A stretch of 64,000 bases of DNA from Octopus bimaculoides (lineage: Eukaryota), in assembly GCF_001194135.2 (NCBI RefSeq), contig NC_068984.1:26289954-26353953 (forward strand), in the 5' to 3' direction. The translations under genes were made by a program, and so were the position numbers. Below are positions 36,629 through 50,857 of this stretch, in pieces. The notes below the pieces were generated by a model. The model ran no database searches, was not told where the DNA came from, and saw nothing but the letters and a program-made list of their open reading frames with translations. Position 1 is the first letter of the stretch. Every line of letters starts with the position of its first letter.

Positions 36629-36815
36629 GTTTCAAATTCTGGTGGAAAGCCAGCAATTTTGGCGAAGTGGGTAAGTCGATTACATGGACCCCAGTCAACT
36701 GGTACTTATTTTATCCACCCTGAAAAGGATGAAAGGCAAAGATGACCTCAGTGGAATTTGAACTCAGAACGTAAGGGTGGACGAAATGCTGCTAAACATT
36801 TTGCTTGGCGTGATA
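36629..36815 (-). mobile_element. SINE family D copy
   Basis: AAGTCGATTACAT, AAGGATGAAAGGCAAAG, GGAATTTGAACTCAGAACGT motifs. Confidence 0.8.
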
Positions 36816-39277
36816 ACGATTAATGATAATAATAATAATAAGAAGAATAGGAATAAGAATAAGAAAATGTGCTACAAAGATTGCAACGGGCCAGGAATCA
36901 ATATCACTGACTACACCTTTGACTGTAACCCGTATATTTTCCTGGCCCATGTAATGTGATATAAGCCTATGAGTAGGTATGTGGCTCTCCAACTCAATAT
37001 ATCGTTTTGTCTCTTCCTCAGTCTAGAAAAACAGGTAAACAGTTTCATATATTTTGTTGCAGTTGATATTCTATCGGAACCTTCCTTACAAGTCCCTTTG
37101 AGAGCGACTGAAAACCCCCACTTTTGTTTATAAAGCATAGGTAATTTATTCCTCTTTAGTTCCACTACTGGGTAAGAATCCCGGGTAAAGAAGCATTTGT
37201 TTCGGTCACATACAAGTGCCAGGCAGTTGGTTTCTCCACTAGTTGACTCGTATTTAAAAATACCTTGTTGCAGGCAAGGTGATGAATATAGAACTATTTG
37301 TTTTCCACGTAAGAATTTTGGTAACATTGTTTGTGTGTATCATGATGCGGGATGTATATGCCTACGAAAAATTTTTTTTCCACCTGTGTATTTTTGAAGT
37401 GCAAATATCTCTATCTTGTTCACATGTCCTTTGTTTCCCGGCGTCAATGTGCAAAACTGCGTCTGGCGGAGTCGTGAAGCTGAAGTCTACTAAGTTTTCC
37501 TTGTTCGCAACCTTCCTCGGTAGTCCCCACCGCTCCTGGGATCACACAACTGGAAATGCTCTGTCTGCTGCCAGTTGTAGTAGACGGCTGCCAAGACAGT
37601 AGCGAACACGCCTGGCTTGTATTTAAGGCTCGCAGGCCAAACAACAATTTCTTAATTAGGTACGAATCATTGAGTAATAGAAAGGAAACTGGATATTGTG
37701 ACGTTCATGCTTTTCCTAAATATATTAGCGAAATAACTGAAGCGTTTCAAAACGGGAAAAAGTTTGCCACACATTCATTTGGCAGAGAATCTGCTGCCAG
37801 CGTTTCACTTCATATTTGAAGATGTTTCTTTCTTTTTCTTTTCTACTTTGATATTCGATACTTGGCCGACAGATCATGTAATGGTCGCTTGAACTGGTAT
37901 GGATAAATCTATTTCTGTTCGTTGGGGGAAATGTAAGAATAACCTGTCTGGAAGTTCGACACTTCGGCGCGTCAAAACAGTATGAGACGGCTGTCGATTA
38001 TAAGAGCTTTGTGTAATATACTATACAAACTAATATAGCAACTCTATGAGAGCTCTTTAGAGAATTGAAAGATCATCCCTTGAATAGCTTACATATTAAT
38101 AAGAAACATTGGCTATTGACTCACTTGGGTTTCTTATTTAATTTTCTGTTATTTATTTATTTATTTATTTATCTATTTATTTATCAATTCACATTTTCTT
38201 CATCGTTTTAAGTCAGCTTCTTAAAAAGAATGAAAGTTACTACTTAAATAGCAACAGTAAGGTCAACGACATCAACACCATCAGCATCACCGGCACCAAT
38301 AAAAACAAAACAAAATCAACATAGAAGCCTTTATGCAGGCGCTCACCATGCTGGAAATAGCAGCTAAATCTCCTTCAAGTCATGCGCTACTGTGTTGGTA
38401 AAAGAAGGAACATGTAAGACCAAAAATTAAGGTTGATTTAGTCAACTAACTCCTTTCCACGAATTTCTGGCATTGCGCATATGTTAGGAAACAAATACAA
38501 TTTTCTTGTTGGGCAATGGATTGGTATATTTGTAAGGGAATCGGACAAATTGCTTCTCGATATTTGTTTCGGCTTTTTACATATTGAATTTAAGTCTCGC
38601 CGAGGTGAGCCTTGCCCATTGTCCTTCCGGAATCGATAAAATAAAACACTAGTCATGTTACTGGGCCGATGGTATCAACTAACCCACTCCCCCAAAATTG
38701 CTGCCCTTGTGTCCAAATTACAAACAATTATTGTTCTGGTGGTGGATAAACTGGTAGAACTTTAGGGTGTCGGACAAAACGCCTTTCGTCATTTATTCTA
38801 GCACATTATGTTCTGAAACAAAGGATTAGCTAAACAACCTGTTTTGATAAACCGAAAGATAGTGTATGTATGTATATATGTATGTATGTATGTTTGTATG
38901 TATGTATGTATGTATGTATGTATGTATGTATGTATGTATGTATGCATGCATGTATGTATGTATGTATGTATGTATGTATGTATGTCATTATTCAGTTTCA
39001 TTTCAAGATTTCTTGCCAATAGAGAAGGAACCGGTTTCTAACATCAACAAAGTCAACAGGGTATTTTTGTATGTATGGTTTCTCATGCATATAGTTGCAT
39101 ATCTAGACATGCTCATATATACTTAAATGATAAACTTCTGGAAAGCTTTACAGATTTTTACAGCTCCAGTGATGAATTGGATCTGTAGTCTCCGAATCAG
39201 CTTTCTCCTTTCTGGCTTTGAGAAACCTAGTTACTCAAGTATGTATGTATGTATGTATGCATGTATGTATGTATGTA

Positions 39278-39338
<61 letters not shown>

Positions 39339-41647
39339 CTTCGAGGTTTATTTTATGGTTTTTCCTTTACAGAATTCAACCGGTCACTAATGAAGTGGCA
39401 AGGCTCTTTTGTTTAAGATAGCTCTGAGGCCCGAGGTTACCTGGTATACGCGCATGTGTGTATATGTGTGTGTGTGTGTGTATGTGCGCGTGTGTGTTGT
39501 GAATTATCTTGCACTCGTAGATGTGAAGTTTACTATAGAACACAAGTGTGTTTCTTTACTGTTTATGTACGTATGTTCATAGGTATTCCACATGTATGAG
39601 CTATTGTTTGCGTATTTTCTCCCAGACACCTCAGGTGCCGAATACCTGAAATGTTTTTACAAATAACGCATTTCCTCTGATCGGCTGTAGGTGGAGGGAA
39701 TGATTCTGACTAACCTGTTCCATTTTGGAGAAACCCAAACATTTCTACGTTTCTTTGTACATCTGTTGTAACGTAATTCAGTGCAACTATCACAATATCA
39801 AATATAAATCTATAGCTTGGATATATGAGCTGTAAGTTTTTTCATCAGTCTCTATAGATCTTTCCCATTTCCCCAATTTTTGAAGAGACATCCACGTTCG
39901 CCGGGAAACTGATCCCTACAACAGTGCACAACTTTTGCTGCCTGTCCCATACAACTGTATCAAGCTACTGTGCTTAACAGGTTCCCTTTTCATTGGAATG
40001 TTCCACCTGTATTCTTTATTTCCAAAGGGGTGGATACTCTCTGGCTCTAGAGTGTCTTTGGTATGGCTGTCAGAACAATCCTTCTTGCGTATAGCTTTGT
40101 AGACTGTCTTAGTGATAATATCATATTTTATGGAAAGGTAGTAATTTGTGGATATTTATGGACAACTACTGACGATATAAGTGTTATCTTCCACATTAAT
40201 ATGGCACAATCGACACATTCTCTCTTCTACGACGTTTTTAGACAGCTGCTAATGATATATTCCACACGCGTGTGGCTCAATCGAAATTTTCTATCATAAC
40301 GTGGAAGTTTAGAGGCATCCTTATCTCTTTGCTTGATCGGGTATTTAGCAGCTATCTCCTGTTCTCCGATAATAAAAGCATAGCCGTCTTGGTGATATGT
40401 GAATTACTTATACCACGTAAGTGAGAAAGGCATCTGTTCGAAAGAGTTGGCTGATCTCTTACCGCTTGTAAGAGTCATGAGCATTACTTCTTCCTCCAAG
40501 ATCAGTAAGTAAAAATAGATTACATATTACAGAGTTGAAACACAAAATTTATACAAATATGAAAAAGAAAACTTTAAAAAATTATAATTATAGTCCTCCT
40601 TTAAAAATGTCAATAGAAATGAAAAGGCTCAAAATTATATCATAAAATGGAAAATTCAAGCAAGATTTAGATTCTACCAAACTAGAAATAAAAGAAGAGA
40701 CCATATGCAGTAGAGAAGAGGAATATCCTCAAAGACTTCTTAAACAAGATCTCTTTTGAAAGGCAAATACTTTGAAAAGCACCTATTACGCAGCTGGGAA
40801 ACGCTATCTTTATACAACACATACTTAGACCCACATACTTGATATTACTTCTCAAATTCGCTCTTCTTCTTTTTTTTTTTTTTTTCGTTTTTTCAATCTT
40901 TCCTGCTGTCATTTGCCTACTTTATTTTTATATTTACTTCTTCTTTCTAAAACCACTTCCCTCTTCTTTTATTCCTATTATTTTCTTTTTCTTTAGTATT
41001 AATCATATTAAACGTCTTGGTTTCCCATCAACTTCAAGCAATTTGCTACGCTTTCGCCAGTGACTTTTATATCACAATTAAGGGGAAATAACCAAGAGAT
41101 CCTAAGGCCGAGTTATTAATCTTAACAAAAGCGGAAGTTTGAAAAAGTATCTTTTCGAAACATTTCTCATTTTCTGATACCATGTGAATATAATCAGAGT
41201 CTGAAATTGAGACCGTGAAACTAATGGTAGCCTACACGATAAGTTAGCTCATATTGCTTAATGTATGTGTGTGTGTGTGTGTGTGTAAACATTTACATTT
41301 TGAAATAATCATGATATTCAGTTAAGACACATATATATCATTATATTCACTCGTGTAATTGTATTCTATTACTACGAAGTGTCAAAAAATTATCATCATG
41401 CGTCTACACGTACCACAGAAATAAATCCTAACCGAAAGTAAACAAACAGAGTTACGTTTGCGTGGTATTGAGCGTGGACAATAATTCTGTTAGCACTGAC
41501 AAACGTTGCCATATGATAAACACTTCACAGTAGGGAAATTTGTAGTTATGTTTTAATAATATTCTATTAGACTGATTGGGTACTCTTTAATTTGTTCGTA
41601 CTACTTTGAAGCAATTACGTACATGCATACTTACATGCATACATACA

Positions 41648-42044
41648 TTGTTTTGTTTTGTTTTGTTGGCACTCCGTCGCTTACGACGTCGAGGGTTCCA
41701 GTTGATCCGATCAACGGAACAGCTTGCTCGTGAAATTAACGTGCAAGTGGCTGAGCACTCAACAGACACGTGTACCCTTAACGTAGTTCTCGGGGATATT
41801 CAGCGTGACACAATGTGACAAGGCTGACCCTTTGAATTACAGGCACAACAGAAACAGGAAGTAAGAGTGAGAGAAAGTTGTGGTGGAAGAGTACAGCAGG
41901 GTTCGCCACCATCCCCTGCCGGAGCTTCGTGGGGCTTTAGGTGTTTTCGCTCAATAAACACTCACAACGCCCGGTCTGGGAATCGAAACCGCGATCCTAT
42001 GACCGCGAGTCTGCTGCCCTAACCACTGGACCATTGCGCCTCCA
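41648..42044 (-). mobile_element. SINE family B, full length
   Basis: Near-identical to 13924-14317; (CAAAA)n tail. Confidence 0.95.
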
Positions 42045-42098
42045 CACATACATACATACATACATACATAATCTTTCACTCTCTCACTCACTCATTGT

Positions 42099-42347
42099 TG
42101 AGGCGCATGGCTTGGTGATTAGGGGTTTTAGACTCATAATTTTAAGATTTTAGTTTCAATTCACGGATTGGACGAATCTTGGCATTGTTGAGCAAAACGC
42201 TATTTCACGTCGCTCCAGTTCATTCAGTTGGCAAAAATGAGTAATCCTGCGACAGATTGGCGTCCCATCCAGGAGGTTAATATATGCGTCACGGAAACCG
42301 GAAAACTGGTCTTACGAGTCTATATGACCCGGGAATGATCTTTATCC
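42099..42347 (+). mobile_element. SINE family C, diverged copy
   Basis: Colinear with 12781-13035, including CCTGCGACAGATTGGCGTCCCATCCAG. Confidence 0.8.
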
Positions 42348-43466
42348 TAATCCCTCCCCATTCACTCACTCGCTCAATCGCTCGCTTGTTCATGCACACG
42401 CAAATATTTTTTACATAGGCAATAATAGATCGTCTGTCAGTTTTGATAATGTTTTTTCCGGGCATTCAATTACTTCAGTTGTCTGCCCTTTGTATCATAA
42501 TGTATGGGGGTTGAATACTCCATGGATATTTGTAACTTGAATGTAATCGTTAACCTGATTCAGCAAGTACCTCTATAACAGCATATTACAAGTTGACTCT
42601 GTGAATTACCATAACAATCGTTCTATAAAGTTTCTGTGCAATCAGTTTCACTCGTCACACTTGGTCCAACTCGAGGCTATGTTACAAGACACCCAATGTG
42701 ACATAGAGTCGGGATCGAACGCGGAATCTTATAATTGCAAATGAAACTTCTGTTTCAACTATTAGGCCATGTCTTCACATTTTACGTAAATGCGAACACA
42801 CATTGTTAGAGAGGAAAATTAAAATTTTCCTTTGGCTGCATTTAGCTGAGTATAATTTTAAACAGAGGAGATGTGGAATATTGTTACTTAACTTATTCGC
42901 TGAAGGAAGCTTGAAAAGTAAATTCAGTTTGGTAGAATTTGAATTCAGATGAGTACCATATCTAAGTCAAAATAAACTCTCAAATCCATTTGTCAGCTTC
43001 CACAACCATTTCTACCGCACTGTCATACAATAAATATTAATTTCTTTCGATAAGTTCAATGTTTGTAAAGAAATGATCATAATTGACTGAAATGGTAATT
43101 AGGTGTCGCAAATCAGATGCCATTTCAACAAGAGTAGTGCCAGATTATCAAAATATGCTGGTATATTGAAACTTTGTCTTTAAAAAAAGAAAAAAATCAT
43201 GTTTCCACTGTCACCAAATCGGTAAATGGATTTTCCCGTGGCATCAATACTTGCCGACTTCTTTTCGCCTGACAAATAAAATTAACGAATGCCATGTTGT
43301 ATAGTAAAGTTTCTATACCTCACAATTGTAAAAACGCGAGTTCCCTTAAATCAGTATCTTCAGGTAATTCCTCAGCGTTTTCACTGAACAGTGTTCCTTA
43401 AATTAGTATATACTCGGATCACTTTACGCTAAACTACTTTCATTGCATTGAATCAAGTACTGACAA

Positions 43467-43510
<44 letters not shown>

Positions 43511-43658
43511 TCTTTGTATCAGCTATAGACTATTAACATGTCCTTTTGTTTCTTAATGTCGTAAAATGTAGAAATACCTGTTTTATATTCACGCTCAGTA
43601 GCGTTCCGGTTGAACCTCATTTCGAGCACTGTTTTATTTCAATATCTGGGTGCAAGAA

Positions 43659-44084
43659 GGCGGTGAGCTGGTAGAAACGTTAGCAGGCCGGGCGAAATGC
43701 TTAACGGTATTTCGTCCGTCTTTACTTACGTTCTGAGTTCAAATTCCGCCGAGGTCCACTTTGCCTTTCATCCTTTCAGGGTCGATAAATTAAGTCCCAG
43801 TTACGCACTGGGGTCGATGTAATCGACCTAATCCCTTTGTCTGTCCTTGTTTTCCCCGTCTATGTTTAGCCCCTTCTGGGCAATAAAGAAATAAGAAATG
43901 TTAGCACGCCGGGCGAAATGCTTAGCGGTATTTCGTCTGTCTACGTTCTGAGTTCCAAATCCGCCGAGGTCGACTTTGCTTTTTATCCTCTCGATATCGA
44001 TGAATTAAAATACCAGTTGCGTACTGGGTCGATCTAATCGACTGGCCTCAAATTTCGGGCCTTGTGTCTAGAGTAGAAAAGAAT
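43659..44084 (+). mobile_element. SINE family D head-to-tail dimer
   Basis: Monomer 1 43659-43894, monomer 2 about 43895-44084; the GTTAGCA...AAATGCTTA...GTTCTGAGTT...CCGCCGAGGTC block occurs twice; 3' tails differ. Confidence 0.9.
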
Positions 44085-45194
44085 ATTTGGTTGCAAGATG
44101 AGAGTTACATGTTTTTATTTTCCCACCTTTCTCACATTGGTTATTCTTATGCATCTTATACATATTGAACGATATTTTCACTAACAGGAGGACTACATCT
44201 ACATAAGTAGATAATGGCTGATAAAAAGACTTAGGTGATGATCACTATTGTTCTCAATTGGAATAAAACTAATGACAGTGTTCATCAGCGGCTTTATGGA
44301 ACTTCACTGTAATTAGTTTATTGTCAGGTGCAATAGTTTTAAAACAAATGATGTTATTTAGAAGTAGACCAGCTCGTGAAGACCTATGGTCAAACATATT
44401 CCAAATGTGGCCATTCCATCTTTTTAGAGTTATATAAAGCTGCTGTGTCGACGCCCCCAAGCGAAGTAGTAGGCTCGATCAAGACATATAAATAGAGGTG
44501 GACTGACAATTCATTCATCATTCGTTCTATGTACCCCACGTTTTGTATTGTATTGTCTGTCCTTGTAATGTCCCCCCTCTGTGTAGTGGCCGTAGTTCCA
44601 AAATAAAGAAATGAGTTGAATAGCTGTTGAATAGCAGATGAGTAGCAGTCGCGTAGAGATCCTCCGAAGATACGAGACAGCAGTAGCTGGAGACATAACA
44701 AAAGCTATATTATTTAATTTATCCTTTTCTTATTTTGGTGGCAGAGTCTGTTTTGTAGGAAATTTGGCTGATGTGTCTAGTAAAATAGTTTGTGAAAAAG
44801 AGAAGAATAATGCTTATGAAAGACTATTCTCTTGAATTATTTCCCCGCTTTCTCTTACGCGTCAAAAGAAGTAGAGAAAAGTTCCACCTGAATAGATTGT
44901 AGCAAGAGACAACTCGTTGAGATGGAAAAGTTTTCTTTTGATTAAACAAATATTTATCGAACAAGATTAGCGTAGTTTCTATCTACAAAGTCTGCTGTAC
45001 AGAGGCAAAATTATAAATGATTCTTCCAGTTTCGGGGTTGGAATTATCGTTCTGATACCAAAAGTCTGCCAAAATCGTTATAAGACAATTTACATTTCCT
45101 GTCCTGAAAACCTCAGACCACTAAGGTATATATTACTTACTATATTGATGCTAGTCTGGTGATATGGTAGGTTGATACCAGTGATTTTATTTTA

Positions 45195-45239
<45 letters not shown>

Positions 45240-45312
45240 TGTACGTGTGTGTGTGTATACTATATATATATATTTCATACACACACACACACACACACAC
45301 ACNNNNNNNNNN

Positions 45313-45373
<61 letters not shown>

Positions 45374-48300
45374 TGTACATAGATATGTGTATATAGTTTT
45401 CAGATTTATTTTGTTTTGATTATTTATTGAAAGCGAAACAAGATGAAGTGTGCAATGTTTGATAATTTGTACTCATTAAGAAATATGAATCTATCATATG
45501 TAAAAATAAATATTAGTTTTAAGCTGTTATGCTGTTAACATTCTCGAAAGAATTAATGATTGACTGAAAAAGGAGGAAATGTGAATGTGATTCAGTAATG
45601 ATATATACATATATATACTAGGAACCATTCATACATACATACATACATACATACATACACGCGCGCGCGCACAGACACACTCACACACACATATACACAC
45701 AAGCATTATTGAATGAGCGGGATGAATATAAACTAAATATAACTATGTCTTCCACGCTTCTTTCAGATCTCCTGTAGTAGCTCTGTGTTACGCTGGTCAG
45801 TAGCGCAACACAGTCTTCTTTACTTTTTAAAAATATTCAACATATATTACGTTACATTACATTATTTAAAACAGTATATTACGCCATACGTCCACAAGTT
45901 TTTTTTTTTATACATGGCTTATAATAGTTTCTTATAATGGTTTACATGATCCATTTCTGGAGCATATAAGACATTCTTTCTATTATCATCGTCACCTTTC
46001 TAGCCCCAAAACAAACACTTCTGGAATTAAACCAGACACTTGTTTCAGCAACAAATATCTCTCAACCACCTAAGTTTACCTCCCCAATCATCGAGTAATA
46101 AATTTATCTGATTTATCTAGACTAATTATCAACCCTAATAAACTATAACACTCCTCCATTTAAGACCATCATTTGAATTGTTATCATTGTCGAATATCTC
46201 GTCAGCCCTAATCGAATATATAACTATGACCAGAGGTATTATAACCGTGACCATCCTATCTTTTCAGGCACAATTTGCCATAGACTCTTTTTTCTTGTAT
46301 TCTTTGCTAGTTTCAACCATTTGACTTCAGCCATATTAATGCTCAGTCAAATTAATATGGCTACAGTTATATCAATTTGACTGTAGCCAAATTAATATGG
46401 AGCGAGATTAATATGAACGATCGAAATACTTGATTTTAAGTATTTTAATCGTTCGTATGAGTTCAAGTCCTTATCTTTCTCTGGTGCTTATTTTATATAC
46501 TTGTTTATCACAGTCTATGTTTAACCTTTTTGGCGTTACGGAGCGTGGTACACGGATGTTTTACACCTGCATATATAAATACAGGTACACAGATACCCAC
46601 ATGCACGCAGGCATATATTAATAGAAGTGGACACATTTTGAATTATAACTGTGTGTTTGAAATAATAGATTGCTCGAATGACTGAAACAGAGGAGTAGCG
46701 TATCAATGTATAAGCAAAAGTTTTTGCAAATCTTTAATAGACAGAAACTTGATTGGCTGTTTAAAAACCGAAGGAAAATGTGACACGCATTCAGTTATTT
46801 AACACACATGCTTAGAAATGCAATATCTTTTCGCGTACAAAAGTAGGTAAGTATTGTGCATAAAAAATAATGAAAGTGGCTGTTGTTAATTGAGTTTTAT
46901 AGTTGATGAATATTGATGAATCACATTTCATTACGCCGCTTTCCTATTTTATTTCAACAAAAGTTAACATATTTCTTTGGTAAGGACAAATGTTCTTCAA
47001 TACAGACACATATACATACTCACAGTCATACATATACACACAAAACAAACAAATATACACATGCATACAACAAGTTGCTACAAAAATTCCGTCTACTGAA
47101 TTTTATTCACTAGATATTCGTCAACCCGATTCTACATTAGAAAACTTTTACAAAAGATTCCTCATCTCTTTGGCAACTTTCTATGTTTCAAAGATTGTAA
47201 AGAGGATTTTAAATTTCTAGCTGTTGAGAGGCCATCTATGGGCTATCTCGGTCGTGTATTGGCATAGGGCTTATTATTTCAGAGGTTGCTGCCATGGTGG
47301 ACGTATCCCCAATTTAACCCAATTTTTTCTGCTGAAGCTCAAATGGAGGAAACGAGTTTCTCTTATAGAGAGAGTATGAGGATTGAGAAAGAAGTAATTA
47401 TATTGTCATCGTTCTAAAAAAACTAAGATTGTTTTAAGTATTTCGGTTTGGCTTGCTGCTGCTGATGAACCGCTACACGATGAAATCACGTGATATGCTA
47501 GTGCCATACGCCGACCTATTGACAAATTTCGCCAACCGATAATATAATTTCAATACGTTTTTAGCATTTGTCATCTACACGAAATGATTTTGGGAGACGT
47601 TTACAGTAGTCTAAGGGGTTGAAAACACACTTATGATTGGCTGAATGTAGTAATTAATAGACGTTATTTTGTTTTGTCATTAATAAAGGTGGAGACAAAA
47701 AGAAAACTTAATTAAGAGCATGAGTGTGTAAGGAGACTTTGACAGTTTGAGAAGCATCAGTTTAAACCAGTAGTTTCTACAGTAGTGATACAAGAGACAG
47801 GAGTGTGAGATCTTGTGATACAACATCACCATCAATCACTGTCGTATATATTAGTCCCCACCATCATTAATACTAATACATCACTAATAAAACCCCTGCT
47901 ACCATTACAACTACCACTATTAAGTAGTATATAACAGTCAATCTATAGAAATAAAGTCAATGAATAAATCAATTATGCCAATGATGATGATGATGATGGT
48001 GAGAAAAGGGGAAATATGAAGCAGAAATGAAGAAGAATGGTGATGACAACAATGTTGATAATGATGATGATGATGACGACGACGACGACGACAATCATGA
48101 TGATGCAAACAACAACGGTGATGAAGATGATGATGAGACGAAGGTGGCGGAAGAAGATGACCACCATTACAAAACGACTTATTCGTCCAGGGAAACGTAA
48201 CGTTGATTATACAAATATAGTCGTTATTGTTGCTACAGATGATTTATAATGATGAAGATGATGACAACGACGACGATGATGACAATGATGGTAGTAACAG

Positions 48301-49344
48301 AGGGAGGTGGAGGATTACAATAATTATAATGATAATGACTATTTCATTCCAGGTGATTTTCCTTTGCACTCTGTTATACCTCCAATTTATTTGTTCATTC
48401 TTTATTTTCTTAATTTGTATTCATAGTTTAATGGAACCTTCTCTCTTTCAACGCTTACTTCCTTACTTCTTTTCTTTCTTCCATTACTTTCCTTTCTTAC
48501 GGTTACTGTCTTTTTCCACCCACCCCTTCCATACCACACGATACCTATCAACATTTTACGCTTTCAACTTCTGTCCGTCTCTCTTTCTCTTTTTCTCACT
48601 TTCCGCCCCCCCCCCCNNNNNNNNNNNNNNNNNNNNNNNNNNNNNNNNNNNNNNNNNNNNNNNNNNNNNNNNNNNNNNNNNNNNNNNNNNNNNNNNNNNN
48701 NNNNNNNNNNNNNNNNACAGGTAGGTAGGTAGGTAGGTACGTTGGTAGGTAGGTAGATGCATAAAATGATAGAAGTATGGATAAATTGAATGATAGAAAC
48801 ATACATAAATTCATACTAGAGGTATGTGTGTTTAAATACGTTGAGTTTGTTTAAATATGAACTGACCCGTACATATCCAAGGAGTTGATATGATCCATTC
48901 CGCATCTATGCGCTCCTTGGTTCGATCCCACTTCCTGAGATATTTGAGCAAATACCATACTCCTTGATTCAGTCGACAAAGGAGTTTTGAATGAATTTAG
49001 GCGCAAGGAAGCTTTTTACCTGAGAATTCCTGAAAGGTCGCTGGTTCTATCTGATATGCACCCGTAAAGTTATAGATCGATATTGTACAACATAGGACAT
49101 ATGTATGTACGCATGCGTGTATGTATGTATGTATGTATGTATGTATGTATAAAATAATTACTAGGTTTACAAAGAATACGTCTTGGGGTCGATTTGTTTG
49201 ACTCAACGCACACACACACATATGTGTGAGTGTATATCACTTGTTTTTGGTACACACACATCCGTCCACATACAATCATATTTATCTATGAGTAGGTATA
49301 TATATATATATATATATCAGAAAGCCCACAAAAATATAATAATG

Positions 49345-49570
49345 ATAATAGCTTCAAATTTTTGTATAAGGCCACCAATTTTAGGCGGATGGGGAAGTTA
49401 GTGAATTAACATCAACCCCAGCGGTTGAGTGATAATTAACTTTATAAACCGGTTAATTATGAAAGGTAAATTTGACCATGCTGGGATTTGAACTCAGAAC
49501 GTAAGCCCCCAGAAGGAATGACGCTAAGCGTTTTGCCCGATTAATGAACGACGCTACCAGTTCACCCACC
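49345..49570 (-). mobile_element. SINE family D, diverged copy
   Basis: GGATTTGAACTCAGAACGTAA and GCTAAGCGTTTTGCCCG motifs; AAT-rich tail at left. Confidence 0.65.
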
Positions 49571-49674
49571 TTAATGATATAGGCACAGAAATTGAAATTT
49601 GGGATAGTCAGCTAGTTGATTACATCGAACTCGTTGCTTATCTAGTACTTATTTTTTCGATGTGCGTGCATATA

Positions 49675-49892
49675 TACAGGGTGGGGCTGAAAAGTTCCTG
49701 TCTCTGGGTAAAAGAAATTACAGTAGGACCAGTTAATTATGATTTTATTCACCATATTACCCTCCTAGATTCACACTCTTATTGCATCGGTTCTTCAGTT
49801 TTTCTAAGCTCTGTAAAAGACCTCGGAGGTTTAGACCTCCAACTAGGTCTTCCGCGCCACCCTTAAATCCAGGAACTTTTCGGTCTCCCATA
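49675..49892. mobile_element. Mariner-type MITE, copy 2
   Basis: TACAGGGTGGGGCTGAAAAGTTCCTG...AGGAACTTTTCGG; body colinear with 15186-15402; TA-rich flanks. Confidence 0.75.
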
Positions 49893-50451
49893 TATATATA
49901 TATACTTATATATACTCATATATATATACAAATATACACAGATTGAATATTCCAGAGTATCTCAATCCCACCCACACGCATAACCATAGGTCCCACTACG
50001 ATTACATGCATACAAGAATTATTTTGGTCTTTAACACGCGGTAAAACAACACAGGTAGAGAGTGACATATTCATGCCATTAAAATGTTACAATTGAATGC
50101 ATTCACACAATCATTGCATCTTTACAATCCTATCTACTATTTATATTTCGTGTAGATACCTATAAGTATTTTGGTGTTAATGATATATGTGAAAATTATT
50201 GAAATGTTTACAACATGCAAGTGCATATGAGCGGAAAATATAAACATATCTATAATTACATTTAAATATAACTTCCAGTAAAATGCCGCTCCTGGCAACA
50301 ATATATATCAATATATCTCCTTACTTATAGATATAGATGTAAGTAGATATACATATCTATGCGCACGTACAGGCACACACACATACACACATATAAACTG
50401 ACTGATTATATATATCTGTTTGCAGTCAGGAAGTTGCAAAAGTATATTATG

Positions 50452-50530
<79 letters not shown>

Positions 50531-50813
50531 NNNNNNNNNNNNNNNNNNNNNNNNNNNNNNNNNNNNNNNNNNNNNNNNNNNNNNNNNNNNNNNNNNNNNN
50601 NNNNNNNNNNNNNNNNNNNNNNNNNNNNNNNNNNNNNNNNNNNNNNNNNNNNNNNNNNNNNNNNNNNNNNNNNNNNNNNNNNNNNNNNNNNNNNNNNNNN
50701 NNNNNNNNNNNNNNNNNNNNNNNNNNNNNNNNNNNNNNNNNNNNNNNNNNNNNNNNNNNNNNNNNNNNNNNNNNNNNNNNNNNNNNNNNNNNNNNNNNNN
50801 NNNNNNNNNNNNN

Positions 50814-50857
<44 letters not shown>

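Noticed and set aside
45783-45813. 12-bp hairpin as a Helitron end or terminator (also 34901-34919)
   Set aside because: No downstream CTRR terminus or supporting context; short hairpins are expected by chance.
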